DNA of 57,471 nt from an uncultured Oligoflexus sp. (lineage in GTDB: Bacteria; Bdellovibrionota_B; Oligoflexia; Oligoflexales; Oligoflexaceae), in assembly GCA_964236955.1 (NCBI GenBank), contig CAXSGP010000017.1, positions 1 through 57,471 of the forward strand, in the 5' to 3' direction. Positions 1 through 9,092 of this stretch are shown one piece after another (positions within the stretch are counted from its first letter, which is position 1; every line of letters starts with the position of its first letter). Below the pieces are notes generated by a model. That model worked only from the letters and a program-made list of their open reading frames with translations. It searched no databases and was not told where the DNA came from. Both the position numbers and the translations under genes were made by a program.

Positions 1-27
1 CAATCCGATTACGCAAGGGAACTCACT

Positions 28-543
28 ATGAAAAAATTCATCATCATCCTGTCCTTCTTGACTTCCGGTTCTCTTTTCGCCGGCGTTGAATTTGACTTTA
101 AAGGCCGTTGCCAAAAAGCCAACGCCAGTGTGCAAGACAATGACATTGAATTTACCAATCTTAACCTCGATATCGATGCCGGTCAAAATATTGAATCAAA
201 GAAATGTGAGATCGTAGCTAAGTTCCCTAGCCGCCGCGGCTACAAATTGCTTGTAAGCACCTTCAAGGTTGAGGCTCTGGCTGTAGTCAAGGATCACGGC
301 GCAGCGATTATGACCCTTCGCCATAACTTCAAAGGCAGAGGTTGGAGAGCGGACGAAGCACGTGTCACCAATACCGGTGACCAGGCCTTGGTCGTGGAAC
401 AAACCGCTGTTGGATCGTCGGATTGTGAGGGCGATGCCGTCCTTCAGACTGAGATCATCACCGCCGGCCGTAACGCGAACCTGCTACAGGATTCGGCAAC
501 CAACATCATCAAAATCAAATACTCATATGAGCGTTGCAGATAA
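28..543 (+). CDS. Small secreted 4-Cys protein, DUF4360-like, paralogue 1
   Basis: Signal peptide MKKFIIILSFLTSGSLFA; RBS AAGGGA. Shares G-x-C, DIEF-x-NLNLD, K-x-C, S-x-FK-x-EA, SS-x-C and a C-terminal Cys with ORFs 1583 and 2380. Cys spacing resembles DUF4360, but the GCP motif is absent. Confidence 0.7.
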   Translation: MKKFIIILSFLTSGSLFAGVEFDFKGRCQKANASVQDNDIEFTNLNLDIDAGQNIESKKCEIVAKFPSRRGYKLLVSTFKVEALAVVKDHGAAIMTLRHNFKGRGWRADEARVTNTGDQALVVEQTAVGSSDCEGDAVLQTEIITAGRNANLLQDSATNIIKIKYSYERCR

Positions 544-729
544 GAAGTGAATTAGAAATCGCCAGCTGTTTCCTATAAAATCGCCTCTAATCCTTGTTGT
601 TAAAAATTTTCTGCAGATAAATATCGATTGCACCCCGTTTAACTTCGGTGTTGATCTGCTAAACAAGATAATCAGGTTCAATGAGCGCCCCCCGGATGGA
701 CGCCGCCTTTTTTGCTAAGGAATGCTGCT

Positions 730-1353
730 ATGAGAACAACAATTGGCCTGTTTTTGTTAGGGCTTGCGGCCGGGCCCCTGCTTGCTGACGAAGCCCCAAA
801 CACAATGGTTCTTGAGCCCAATCTAGTTTCCAAGAGCTGTGAGTCGCTGTTTAAAACTCTAGTGGATGCCAAGGGAACCCAGCTTCAATTTAGTCCGAAA
901 ATTTTGAGTCTAGATGGCAAAAAAACGAGGGATGCCCTGAGCTGCAAGATTGCTTGGAAGCCAAGCATTCCGGAGAATAAACGCCTCGTCAGCGCTGAGC
1001 TGATGGTCGAGGGTAAGATGAGTGGCCCGGCCAACGGCATCGTTCGTCTGGGTCATAAGATCTTAGGTACAGGCGATGCTCCTGATTTGCTCAGCCATAC
1101 TCTGGAAAACGGTACTTTCAACTACAAATTGCAAATTCAGAATATCGACAGTGACAACTGTGGCCGAGAAGTCAAACTCATCACCACATTCTCATTCATC
1201 CTGACTCAGAAAAAAGTTGTAGAAGGCGAACCGAGTGACCCAGTTCCGGCAAGCCTCACACTCGATACGGTTCGACTGCTGCCGTTGGAACTTACCGATT
1301 GCCCGCAGGGCGTGAGGTTAGGAAATGAAGGGCCGCAGCCTCCAACTCTTTAG
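730..1353 (+). CDS. Secreted 4-Cys protein, divergent DUF4360-like paralogue 2
   Basis: ATG at 730 after AAGGA; signal peptide MRTTIGLFLLGLAAGPLLA. Same four-Cys layout (SKSC, LSCKI, SDNCG, TDCP) as its neighbours. Confidence 0.6.
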   Translation: MRTTIGLFLLGLAAGPLLADEAPNTMVLEPNLVSKSCESLFKTLVDAKGTQLQFSPKILSLDGKKTRDALSCKIAWKPSIPENKRLVSAELMVEGKMSGPANGIVRLGHKILGTGDAPDLLSHTLENGTFNYKLQIQNIDSDNCGREVKLITTFSFILTQKKVVEGEPSDPVPASLTLDTVRLLPLELTDCPQGVRLGNEGPQPPTL

Positions 1354-1375
1354 ACTTGGCCTAAAAGCTGAATGT

Positions 1376-1417
1376 AAAGGACAGTTTCCCTTCATTAAGA
1401 AGGGGGCTGTCCTTTTT
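1376..1417 (+). terminator. Rho-independent terminator
   Basis: AAAGGACAGTTTCCCTTC-ATTAA-GAAGGGGGCTGTCCTTTTT hairpin with T-tract, just after the stop at 1353. Confidence 0.75.
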
Positions 1418-1472
1418 GGTTTTGATTATGGCGAATAACAATGATGCGGTTTCCTAAATCATCAAAGCGATT

Positions 1473-1553
1473 CGCATCAAGAGATGTAAGAGCGTATCAG
1501 TGCCCATTCCAGGTTGCCTTGTGTAAAACAGTATTCAGGTGGCAAGGCGCTGC
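1473..1553 (+). promoter_or_regulatory. Duplicated ~80 bp non-coding leader, copy 1
   Basis: CGCATCAAGAGATGTAAGAGCGTATCAGTG...TGTAAAACAGTATTCAGGTGGCAAGGCGCTGC closely matches 2275-2355. Both lie about 25-30 nt upstream of paralogous ATGs. Confidence 0.65.
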
Positions 1554-1582
1554 CAAAAAACTCACAAGGGACAAAATAGATT

Positions 1583-2104
1583 ATGAAAAATTCACTCATC
1601 CTGGCTTCCGTTCTTCTTTCTTCTTTGGTATCTGCCTCTGCTTTTGCAACACCTGCAGCTCAAGTCGTTTTTGAAGGCATATGTGCCGGCGCCGGATTCT
1701 CGGCGAGTGGAACAGACATCGAATATATCAACCTAAACCTCGATCTTGACAATACTGGCAGCAAAGAGTGCATCATCACCACAAAATTGCCAGCGCGTCC
1801 TGGTATGACTATCAACGTCAGTTCATTCAAGGCCGAAGCTTTTGCTGACCTTCGCAGTGAAGGCCTTGCAGTCCTGACCGTTAATCACCGCTTTAACGGC
1901 CAGCAGTCGCCTGTTTACCGCTCCGTAGCAAAAGGAACAGGCGCCCTGGTTGCCGAGCAAACGGCTATCGGTATCACATCCTGCGGCCAGGCAGCAGAGC
2001 TTCGCACCAAGCTTGCCACGAAATCAGTCAATGCAACTTTGCTTCAGGATAGCGCGACCTCCAATACGGTTGCTTACCGCGTTGCCTACGTTCCTTGCCG
2101 CTAA
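1583..2104 (+). CDS. Small secreted 4-Cys protein, DUF4360-like, paralogue 3
   Basis: Signal peptide ending ASAFA; about 81% identical to ORF 2380 (33 differences in 173 aa, counted by eye). Confidence 0.75.
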   Translation: MKNSLILASVLLSSLVSASAFATPAAQVVFEGICAGAGFSASGTDIEYINLNLDLDNTGSKECIITTKLPARPGMTINVSSFKAEAFADLRSEGLAVLTVNHRFNGQQSPVYRSVAKGTGALVAEQTAIGITSCGQAAELRTKLATKSVNATLLQDSATSNTVAYRVAYVPCR

Positions 2105-2140
2105 GTTCAGCCTCCTCCCTATCGATCCGAGACCCTTGCT

Positions 2141-2186
2141 ACGGACAGCCATTCCTTCTCCAGAAGGGATCGCTGTCCGTTCTTGT
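2141..2186 (+). terminator. Probable terminator hairpin
   Basis: ACGGACAGC...CCTTCT/AGAAGG...GCTGTCCGT-TCTTGT; stem sequence related to the 1376 terminator. Confidence 0.6.
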
Positions 2187-2274
2187 TGCCATCAATAACT
2201 TTTATTCCATCCCAGACCATCCAGGAAATTTCGTTAGCTCCCTATTGCTTCTCGTGGCGACAATACCTTCAAAG

Positions 2275-2355
2275 CGCATCAAAAGATGTAAGGGCGTATC
2301 AGTGTCCCTATTCCAAGTGTTTGTATAAAACAATATTCAGGTAGCGAGGCGCTGC
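2275..2355 (+). promoter_or_regulatory. Duplicated ~80 bp non-coding leader, copy 2
   Basis: CGCATCAAAAGATGTAAGGGCGTATCAGTG...TATAAAACAATATTCAGGTAGCGAGGCGCTGC; matches 1473-1553. Confidence 0.65.
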
Positions 2356-2379
2356 TTAAAACACACAAAGGAATGCATC

Positions 2380-2901
2380 ATGAAAAATTCAATCATCCTG
2401 GCTTCAGTTCTCCTTTCCGCTTTGGTTTCGGCATCGGCGTTTGCAAGTTCTGCGGCTCAGGCCCGTTTTGATGGCGCTTGTGCGGGCGGCGGATTCTCGG
2501 CAAGTGGAACAGACATAGAGTATTTCGACCTCAATCTCGACCTTGATAACACCGGCAGCAAGGAATGCGTAATCACCACAACTTTGCCGGCCCGCAGTGG
2601 TTTTCGCATTAACGTCAGCTCGTTTAAGGCAGAAGCTTTTGCCGACCTCCGCACCGACGGCCTTGCAATCCTAACCGTCAATCACCGCTTTAACGGCCAG
2701 CTATCTGAGGTATACCGCTCAGTAGCAAAAGAATCTGGTGCCCTTGTTGCTCAACAAACAGCGATTGGCATCTCGTCTTGCGGTCAACCCGTAGAACTGC
2801 GCACAAAAGTGGCTACAAAATCGGTAAATGCAACTTTGCTCCAGGACAGTGCTGTCTCAAACACGGTTTCCTATCGCATCCTCTATGTTCCTTGCCATTA
2901 A
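2380..2901 (+). CDS. Small secreted 4-Cys protein, DUF4360-like, paralogue 4
   Basis: Signal peptide; RBS AAGGA; tandem duplicate of ORF 1583. Confidence 0.75.
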   Translation: MKNSIILASVLLSALVSASAFASSAAQARFDGACAGGGFSASGTDIEYFDLNLDLDNTGSKECVITTTLPARSGFRINVSSFKAEAFADLRTDGLAILTVNHRFNGQLSEVYRSVAKESGALVAQQTAIGISSCGQPVELRTKVATKSVNATLLQDSAVSNTVSYRILYVPCH

Positions 2902-2976
2902 GGATTAGAGGTCGAGCCCCACTCGCCCGGGTTTTTCCACAGTGCCTTATGAAACCGCGGTGGCTGCCATTTTAAG

Positions 2977-3011
2977 AAAAGCCCTTCTGTCTGACGATAG
3001 AAGGGCTTTTT
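2977..3011 (+). terminator. Rho-independent terminator
   Basis: AAAAGCCCTTCTGTC-TGAC-GATAGAAGGGCTTTTT. Confidence 0.8.
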
Positions 3012-3576
3012 AACATTTCGAATGAGGTCCAGTTCAAATCAGTCGTTGGCGGATCATATCAGTGTCTATCCGAAGGGAAGAGGATTAGAACGAGAGAAGC
3101 TTGCCAGCGCTGTGTTCCATTAAAAGCAAACGGCGCCATGATTTAGCCAGAATGCTTGTTGAGAATAGCGAGTCTATTAGGCTTCATGGGCTGCGCGAAA
3201 TGCTGCCCTTCCTATTCGCGAATTCATGATGACACATGTTACTGATCCACGCCTATTTTTCGCCGAAATGACCCGGACTTCCTGCGTAAGGTTTCCAAGC
3301 AGTGTAAAAATGCCTGGCGAAGCTTAAGAGCCAATCATCGCTAAAACTGTCGGCAATTCGCCTACAAAACTAAAATTGTCCCATTAATAGTCAACTAATA
3401 AGATGCTTTTTTTATCAGGGTGAATATACTACGGTCTGATAACCAAACATTTTTGGAGACACCCATCACTTTAAGTCAGAGGCGAAGCACGCTCGCGTGT
3501 TTCAGGATTTGGCGTGTTTATAATTGCATTGTTTAAAGGAAAACCGATGATACGTTGCTCAGGTAAATTGAATTAT

Positions 3577-4968
3577 ATGAAACGTTTGGCGATCTCAGCG
3601 CTGATGGTTCAAAGTCTCTCTTCAGGCGCTGCGCAAGCCGCGCAAATGATCGGGGCGCAAGTTGAGTCCTTGCAAAGGACTGGCTACGGTATGTATGTGG
3701 TTCGCATGAAGCCTTCTAGCCACCCCGGAGCGATTTCATCTTTCTTTTTGTTTCATAGCGATACTCTATGGCCAAAGAGTTGGGCTGAATTGGATATCGA
3801 GTTTACGCCTGGTTACAAGACCAAAAATGATATGGCGAAACGTTACGTCCTCGATCATGATAATGGCAAGGCGCCCAGCTCCTGCTATGATTCCGAAGGT
3901 CGATACGATACTGCTTTCTTCAATCAAAACTGTGATATTAAAAGCACTGAACAAGGCCAGATTGATATCGCGCGCTATCGCAATGCGGACGGCGCGGTAA
4001 TCAATCATAGTCTTTCGCTCAATACTTTTGGCAATACACCTCTCGTGATGAACCAATCCGGGACAAGCAGCGGTCCCGTCACGCAGCTGCCCGGTGATCA
4101 GCAGGTCTTCTACAACCCACCGGCGGGGGTAGATCCTTACAGCGAATTCTATAATTATTATATTTGGTACACCCCCACCGGAGTCTTCTGGTCCGGAGCG
4201 ATCTCGGAATCAGACGTGAATTTCCCCAGTGCTAATGATATTCCGGACACTCAGTCGATCCCTGAACCCGTGGTTTCCAAGATCTGGAATACCAACACCA
4301 GCACTGGTGTCACAGCCAACTCCCGTTTCGGAGTACCTTCAAATGTCGCTTTCAAGAGCGCCGCACAAATGGAAGCTCTCGCCTATGCTGCGGATCAATT
4401 CACGCCTTTGGATAAAGCCTCGGGCGTGGCTCTTGAAAGTGGTCGTCAATTGGCGATGACGATCAACCTCTGGGATGGTTCCATGACGACGCCTAGTCTG
4501 AGTCCGCAGCCTTGGGGTGGATTTGCACCGCCGAACAAATCGGCAGTTGCGGTTTATCAGAAAATTGCCTTCTTTCCATTAAGGGACCTTAAGCCGGAAG
4601 CCCAGCGAAAGCGCTATCCAGGTCCTAAAGACTATAACTATGATCGCACGACCCACTACAGCGACTTTACCACCCGAGGTGGCCAGTTTATCCTCAATGG
4701 GAAAAAAGCATCGTTCGATCAACTATGGATGACGACCGATGGATCCTTCGCGCCGCTGGGAAACCTCTCCGCCTATAGCGTTTTCTGCTATCCAAAGGCG
4801 CCTTTGAAGGAGGGTCTTGGTGCCGCTCCTGATACCAACGCAGACAAGGGCCTTTATCTGCAGCTTCGATATGCGGGCGACTATGCAATACCTTCGATTG
4901 GCCAGCGGATCGATCAAAACGATAATTACACGAATTGCATCTGGTCCGATACCCGGGGAACACTTTAA
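3577..4968 (+). CDS. Secreted GH16-family glycoside hydrolase (beta-glucanase-like) with large loop insertions
   Basis: GYGMYVVRMKPS...GAISSFFLF...WAELDIEF: the GH16 E-x-D-x-E catalytic motif in a lichenase-like context; later MTINLW. Signal peptide from the ATG at 3577. Confidence 0.75.
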   Translation: MKRLAISALMVQSLSSGAAQAAQMIGAQVESLQRTGYGMYVVRMKPSSHPGAISSFFLFHSDTLWPKSWAELDIEFTPGYKTKNDMAKRYVLDHDNGKAPSSCYDSEGRYDTAFFNQNCDIKSTEQGQIDIARYRNADGAVINHSLSLNTFGNTPLVMNQSGTSSGPVTQLPGDQQVFYNPPAGVDPYSEFYNYYIWYTPTGVFWSGAISESDVNFPSANDIPDTQSIPEPVVSKIWNTNTSTGVTANSRFGVPSNVAFKSAAQMEALAYAADQFTPLDKASGVALESGRQLAMTINLWDGSMTTPSLSPQPWGGFAPPNKSAVAVYQKIAFFPLRDLKPEAQRKRYPGPKDYNYDRTTHYSDFTTRGGQFILNGKKASFDQLWMTTDGSFAPLGNLSAYSVFCYPKAPLKEGLGAAPDTNADKGLYLQLRYAGDYAIPSIGQRIDQNDNYTNCIWSDTRGTL

Positions 4969-5202
4969 TGGCTTCGATCGGATTTGAGCATTCTTGGAAG
5001 GCCTGAATTCGGGTGATCTCCGTGAAGGAAAATTGACTTGACGTTGACGAGGCCCTGCTTGCTTGCAAGTAGGGCCTTTATCGTGCGCCTGAACTTTAAT
5101 CCTTGCCGACAATTCGATAGAATATATTTTTTGTTTTGATTTCTTTAAGAATGTACGGGAACCAAAGATTGGGGGCTGGCATTTTTCGGATCCCCGTCTT
5201 CT

Positions 5203-6660
5203 TTAAATCAAGCTGGAGCCAGTAGCTTGTTTTTTTAGGGGAAGTAGAACCCGAAAGAGGCTGCCTTTGCCTTTAGTCGCGAGACTTTCAACTTCGATTC
5301 GGCCGCCGTGCGTTTCGATAATGCGTTTGGTCGACGCGAGACCTAGGCCAACCCCTGGAATGGTGTCCTTGGTTGCATTCGATCGCCAAAAGGGTTCAAA
5401 TATTTTATGAATTTCTTCAGCTGCTATCCCTATGCCTTCGTCGGAGACCGCTATTATGGCAAAGTCCTCCTGTGCTTTCAGATCGATATTGATCTTACCG
5501 CCAAAGGGTGAATATTTGATGGCATTGCTTACCAGGTTATTTAAGACCTGCGAGATCCGATCGGCATCACAGCTATAATTGAGGGCGAAAGGGGGAATAT
5601 CGGTCGTTATGGAATGGAGAATCGAGACGGCCTGGAAAATCTTGGCCGTATCAATGACCAGTTCGCAGAGGTCATGAGGTGCGATGTGGAGCACCATCTC
5701 TCCGGATTCAATTCGGGCCACGTCCAGCAAATCACTGACTATTCTGTCGAGCCGCGTTGCCTGTCGACTTATGATGTTGATCATCTGCTTTTGTGCAGCA
5801 GGACTTGATTCGGGATCGGAAAGAAGCATGTCAGCTGACATCTTGATTCCCGCCAGGGGATTGCGTACGTCATGGGCAATCGAAGCAAGGATGCGTACCT
5901 GTTGATTACGGTGCCGGCTCAGCCCATCGGCCATTTCATTGAAGACGTCGCCCATATCTCTTATTTCCTTAAGGCCGCTGACAACGACCCTGCTTTCCCA
6001 TTCTCCCTGACCGAATTTTTGCGTGCACGATTGTAGATGAGTCAAGGGCTTAAGGAGGGACCTTTTAACAGTTTCAAAAAAGCCTAAGATGACCAAAATA
6101 AGCATACCACCAGCTATATAGCCGACATAGTGAGAGAATTGATTCTGCTCGTTCGCCAAATCCTGTAAGCTCCGTTCGTGCTGCTGAATGACGTCGGATA
6201 TCCTGTCGACGCTGTTGCAAGCGTCCTGGAGACTCAGAGAAAGCTTCTCGAATATTACCGAAGGCGGGAGTTCAGTAGCCTCCAACCGATGCCATTCTGA
6301 TAGGTAGCCAAGTATTGCTTGCTTTGCGGCAGCAAAGACTTGCCGGGAGTCCGGACTTTCGTTTGCGTGGTTTTCCGCTACTTTCAGCCATTGATCGATT
6401 TCGCTTTCATACTGCTGGACGCTCTTGGAGTACGATGCCTCGCGCGTGGTGGCTAGCAAAAAACTCACGCGATTATGCTGCAGAATGACATTTTCCAGTT
6501 CTTCGGCACCATGGATGCTGGAGATAGTATGTTCGGACGATTTTACCATACTATGCAAATGATCAACGATGATAAGAAATGCCACCGTAACAACCAATCC
6601 TCCGAGCAGGAGTACGAGATTGCCAATTAACCCTAACCATTTGATTTTCACGCGCAGCAT
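5203..6660 (-). CDS. Membrane sensor histidine kinase (periplasmic helical sensor, HAMP, HisKA, HATPase)
   Basis: Two TM segments; HAMP (KPLTHL...EIRDMGDVFNEM); H-box AHDVRNPL; N-box NLVSNAIKYS; G1 DEGIG; G2 GVGLGL. Confidence 0.93.
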   Translation of the reverse strand: MLRVKIKWLGLIGNLVLLLGGLVVTVAFLIIVDHLHSMVKSSEHTISSIHGAEELENVILQHNRVSFLLATTREASYSKSVQQYESEIDQWLKVAENHANESPDSRQVFAAAKQAILGYLSEWHRLEATELPPSVIFEKLSLSLQDACNSVDRISDVIQQHERSLQDLANEQNQFSHYVGYIAGGMLILVILGFFETVKRSLLKPLTHLQSCTQKFGQGEWESRVVVSGLKEIRDMGDVFNEMADGLSRHRNQQVRILASIAHDVRNPLAGIKMSADMLLSDPESSPAAQKQMINIISRQATRLDRIVSDLLDVARIESGEMVLHIAPHDLCELVIDTAKIFQAVSILHSITTDIPPFALNYSCDADRISQVLNNLVSNAIKYSPFGGKINIDLKAQEDFAIIAVSDEGIGIAAEEIHKIFEPFWRSNATKDTIPGVGLGLASTKRIIETHGGRIEVESLATKGKGSLFRVLLPLKKQATGSSLI

Positions 6661-7479
6661 CTCCGATTGTCATGATTCCTGCCGTCTTTGAAGCGATACT
6701 CAAGGTCGTCTTTCAAAGTTCTTCTATGAAAATCTTTTCTTAATTCAAGGTCATGACGGCAAATTTTGGGAGTCGTTCTTTTTTTCATCTCAATCGTTTG
6801 ACACTTTATTTTTGATCCGAATGTTAAACAGGAGCTATTGGGAGTTGAGCTAACCTTACGGCCTGAGACGCCAAAAGACAAGTTTCAATCTTTTTTGATC
6901 TTACCAAACAGGTCCTTCTGGCCATTTAAAAGCTGGTCTATAAGCTACAGTTTTTATTCGAGTATTGCGATTCTATAGGCTAAACATTCGGCTCCGATCG
7001 CGGTGGGCGAAGCCAGCGGGCAACTTTAACCTTCCTGGTGCGACAAGCCCGAATCCGTCGAAAATTTGCAGCAAAGCCTCTTTACCATAAATTTTTGCTT
7101 GCCAGCGCCGGAAGGAACGCCGCGCAGGGGTTGAGCGGGCACGGTGTCCGGATTTGTTACGATGCCCGTAACAATTGCTGATTGGTCCCCATTAGGAACG
7201 GATACGTTCATGCTCTATAGGAAGACGGCCTCTTCGTCCGGGATCAATTTACCAAGCGCTTCTTCCTTTGTAGGAATATTATGGTATTCAGAATTCAAAA
7301 GATTTTAATTTTACCTTTTCCAAAACTTTATGGGAAGCCAAATTAGCCTTTTATTGCGGTAGCTTATATCAAGATATTGTTTGGTAATATTTTACCAAAA
7401 ATAAAACTGCATGTTAGAACCCTCTCTACCGAATAACTAATAGGTTCGATTCCACGCCATTTGAAAGGTAAACATTACG

Positions 7480-8886
7480 ATGAGCATTACAAATAGAATT
7501 TCACTGGTTTCACTTCTCATCCTAGGAGTGGCCTGCGGTGTCAAGCCCCAGACCGGTGCCGTTCGCCAGAGCCTTCGAAACTATTCAGTTAATCTGAAAG
7601 AAATGGCTGCTAATCAAGTATATTTGAACGATACCATTGATGGAATCTCGGCCGCTGGCAGCGCTGATGCTGCTGTGGCCAACGCTGATGCCGGTGTCCT
7701 TGCCGCTCAAGAAAAACTCACAGCTGCAAAAGATGCTCTGGCTGCCGCGAAACTCACGACTGTTGATGCTATCACTGCTGCGGCTGATGCTCTTGCTGCC
7801 GCAAAGCTTTCGAAGAAGGCAGCAGCTGACTTGGCTAAAGCTGCCAAATTAGACGCTACCCTACAGGCTGATGCCACTGCCGCTGATGTGCTGGCCCAGG
7901 CCGACGCGGCGAAACTTGCCCTTGCAGTAAAAGCGGAAGCTGATGCCAAATTAGCCGAAGCAGCGGCCCTCAACACCGAACTCCTGGCCGAGAAAGCAGC
8001 AGCTGATGCCAATGCGGGCGTCGTGGGCGCTCAGGATCCGGCTGCTGATGGACTCGCTCAAGCTCAACTCGATCTAAAAGCCGCGCAGGATGCCGCTGCT
8101 CTTGCGGATGCGGCGGCTCTTGAGGCTAAAAAATTAGCTGACGCCGCTGCTCTTGATGCCAATAAACTTGCCAAAGCTGCCAAAGCAGATGCCACTCTTC
8201 AAGCCGATGCCGATGCTGCAAAACTGCTTGCTGATGCAGAAGCCCTTAAAGCTGCCGCTGCTGCTGACGCCGCCGCTCTTGCCGCCGCTGACCTTGCCAA
8301 GGCAGAAGCCGCGCTGGTAGCCGCCGGTGGAGTTGTCGATCCCAAAGCTCCAAGCACTGATGCCGTACTCGATGAGGTCGTTAAACCCAGGCGTATCGGT
8401 CAGATGGTTGCACTGCTTTTTGCAACGCTTGACGTCGACCTCAATGATGTCCTTTCACTCAATGAATTTCTTAAGATAACAGATGTGAAGAAGATTGCCG
8501 CTGCCGCCGGCGTTCTTAATGCTGACCAACTTGCTGCTTTACAGGTTAAGCTGACAGCTCAATTTGCCCTCTTTGCCGGTGCCGACAACGCAATGACTGA
8601 CGTGGAACTTGCCGCTTTCCTGAAGGCACAGAAATCGAGTGTTGCTAAATGCCGTAAGCAAAAGGCCGGCCAAGGTCAGGCTCAGGGAGCTGTTGCCCGT
8701 GCACTATCTGCGGAGCTATTGCTTGCGAAGTTTGATGTGAACGGTGACAAAGTCATTGATTTGACCGAACTTGCCGCATTGCAAGCGGCCCTTGCAGTCG
8801 ATGCACCCGCCGCCGTCGTTGCACCTGCGCCTGTCGCACCGGCAGCTCCTGCTCCGGCCGCACCAGCTGCTCGATCCGGACGATAA
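7480..8886 (+). CDS. Lipoprotein with Ala/Asp/Lys-rich helical stalk and C-terminal EF-hand-like motifs
   Basis: Lipobox GVAC; about 230 aa Ala-rich region with an internal duplication (LAKAAK-x-DATLQADA twice); EF-hand loops DVDLNDVLSLNEF and DVNGDKVIDLTEL; Pro/Ala tail. Confidence 0.75.
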   Translation: MSITNRISLVSLLILGVACGVKPQTGAVRQSLRNYSVNLKEMAANQVYLNDTIDGISAAGSADAAVANADAGVLAAQEKLTAAKDALAAAKLTTVDAITAAADALAAAKLSKKAAADLAKAAKLDATLQADATAADVLAQADAAKLALAVKAEADAKLAEAAALNTELLAEKAAADANAGVVGAQDPAADGLAQAQLDLKAAQDAAALADAAALEAKKLADAAALDANKLAKAAKADATLQADADAAKLLADAEALKAAAAADAAALAAADLAKAEAALVAAGGVVDPKAPSTDAVLDEVVKPRRIGQMVALLFATLDVDLNDVLSLNEFLKITDVKKIAAAAGVLNADQLAALQVKLTAQFALFAGADNAMTDVELAAFLKAQKSSVAKCRKQKAGQGQAQGAVARALSAELLLAKFDVNGDKVIDLTELAALQAALAVDAPAAVVAPAPVAPAAPAPAAPAARSGR

Positions 8887-8904
8887 TTCTTAGCTGCTTT
8901 GTTC

Positions 8905-8936
8905 AAGCTCCCTGGCCGAGTGCCTGGGAGCTTTTT
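8905..8936 (+). terminator. Rho-independent terminator
   Basis: AAGCTCCC-TGGC...GCCT-GGGAGCTTTTT after the stop at 8886. Confidence 0.65.
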
Positions 8937-9092
8937 CCTTTTCAGCGCTATCCCTTCCTTTTTCAGCGATGGGCAAAAACTGCCCCTTAAATTCCGCCTA
9001 AGGGAAGCGGCATAAATTTCCCTCATCTGTCTCACCTGCTGAGTGAGGGCTAAGATGGATTCATGACTCTCTTTGTTATGCATTGGGGATAT

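Noticed and set aside
1470..1560. SAM-I riboswitch or sigma54 promoter in the duplicated leader
   Set aside because: ATCAAGAG is present in one copy only and the other SAM-I core elements are absent. The TGGC...TGC spacing is GG-N9-GC, not N10, and copy 2 lacks the GG.
3509..3528. Sigma54-like TTGGC...TTGC upstream of GH16
   Set aside because: GG-to-GC spacing is 13 nt rather than the required 10.
6648..7211. Short minus-strand ORFs upstream of the histidine kinase as a possible response regulator
   Set aside because: No receiver-domain motifs; the kinase appears orphan in this window.
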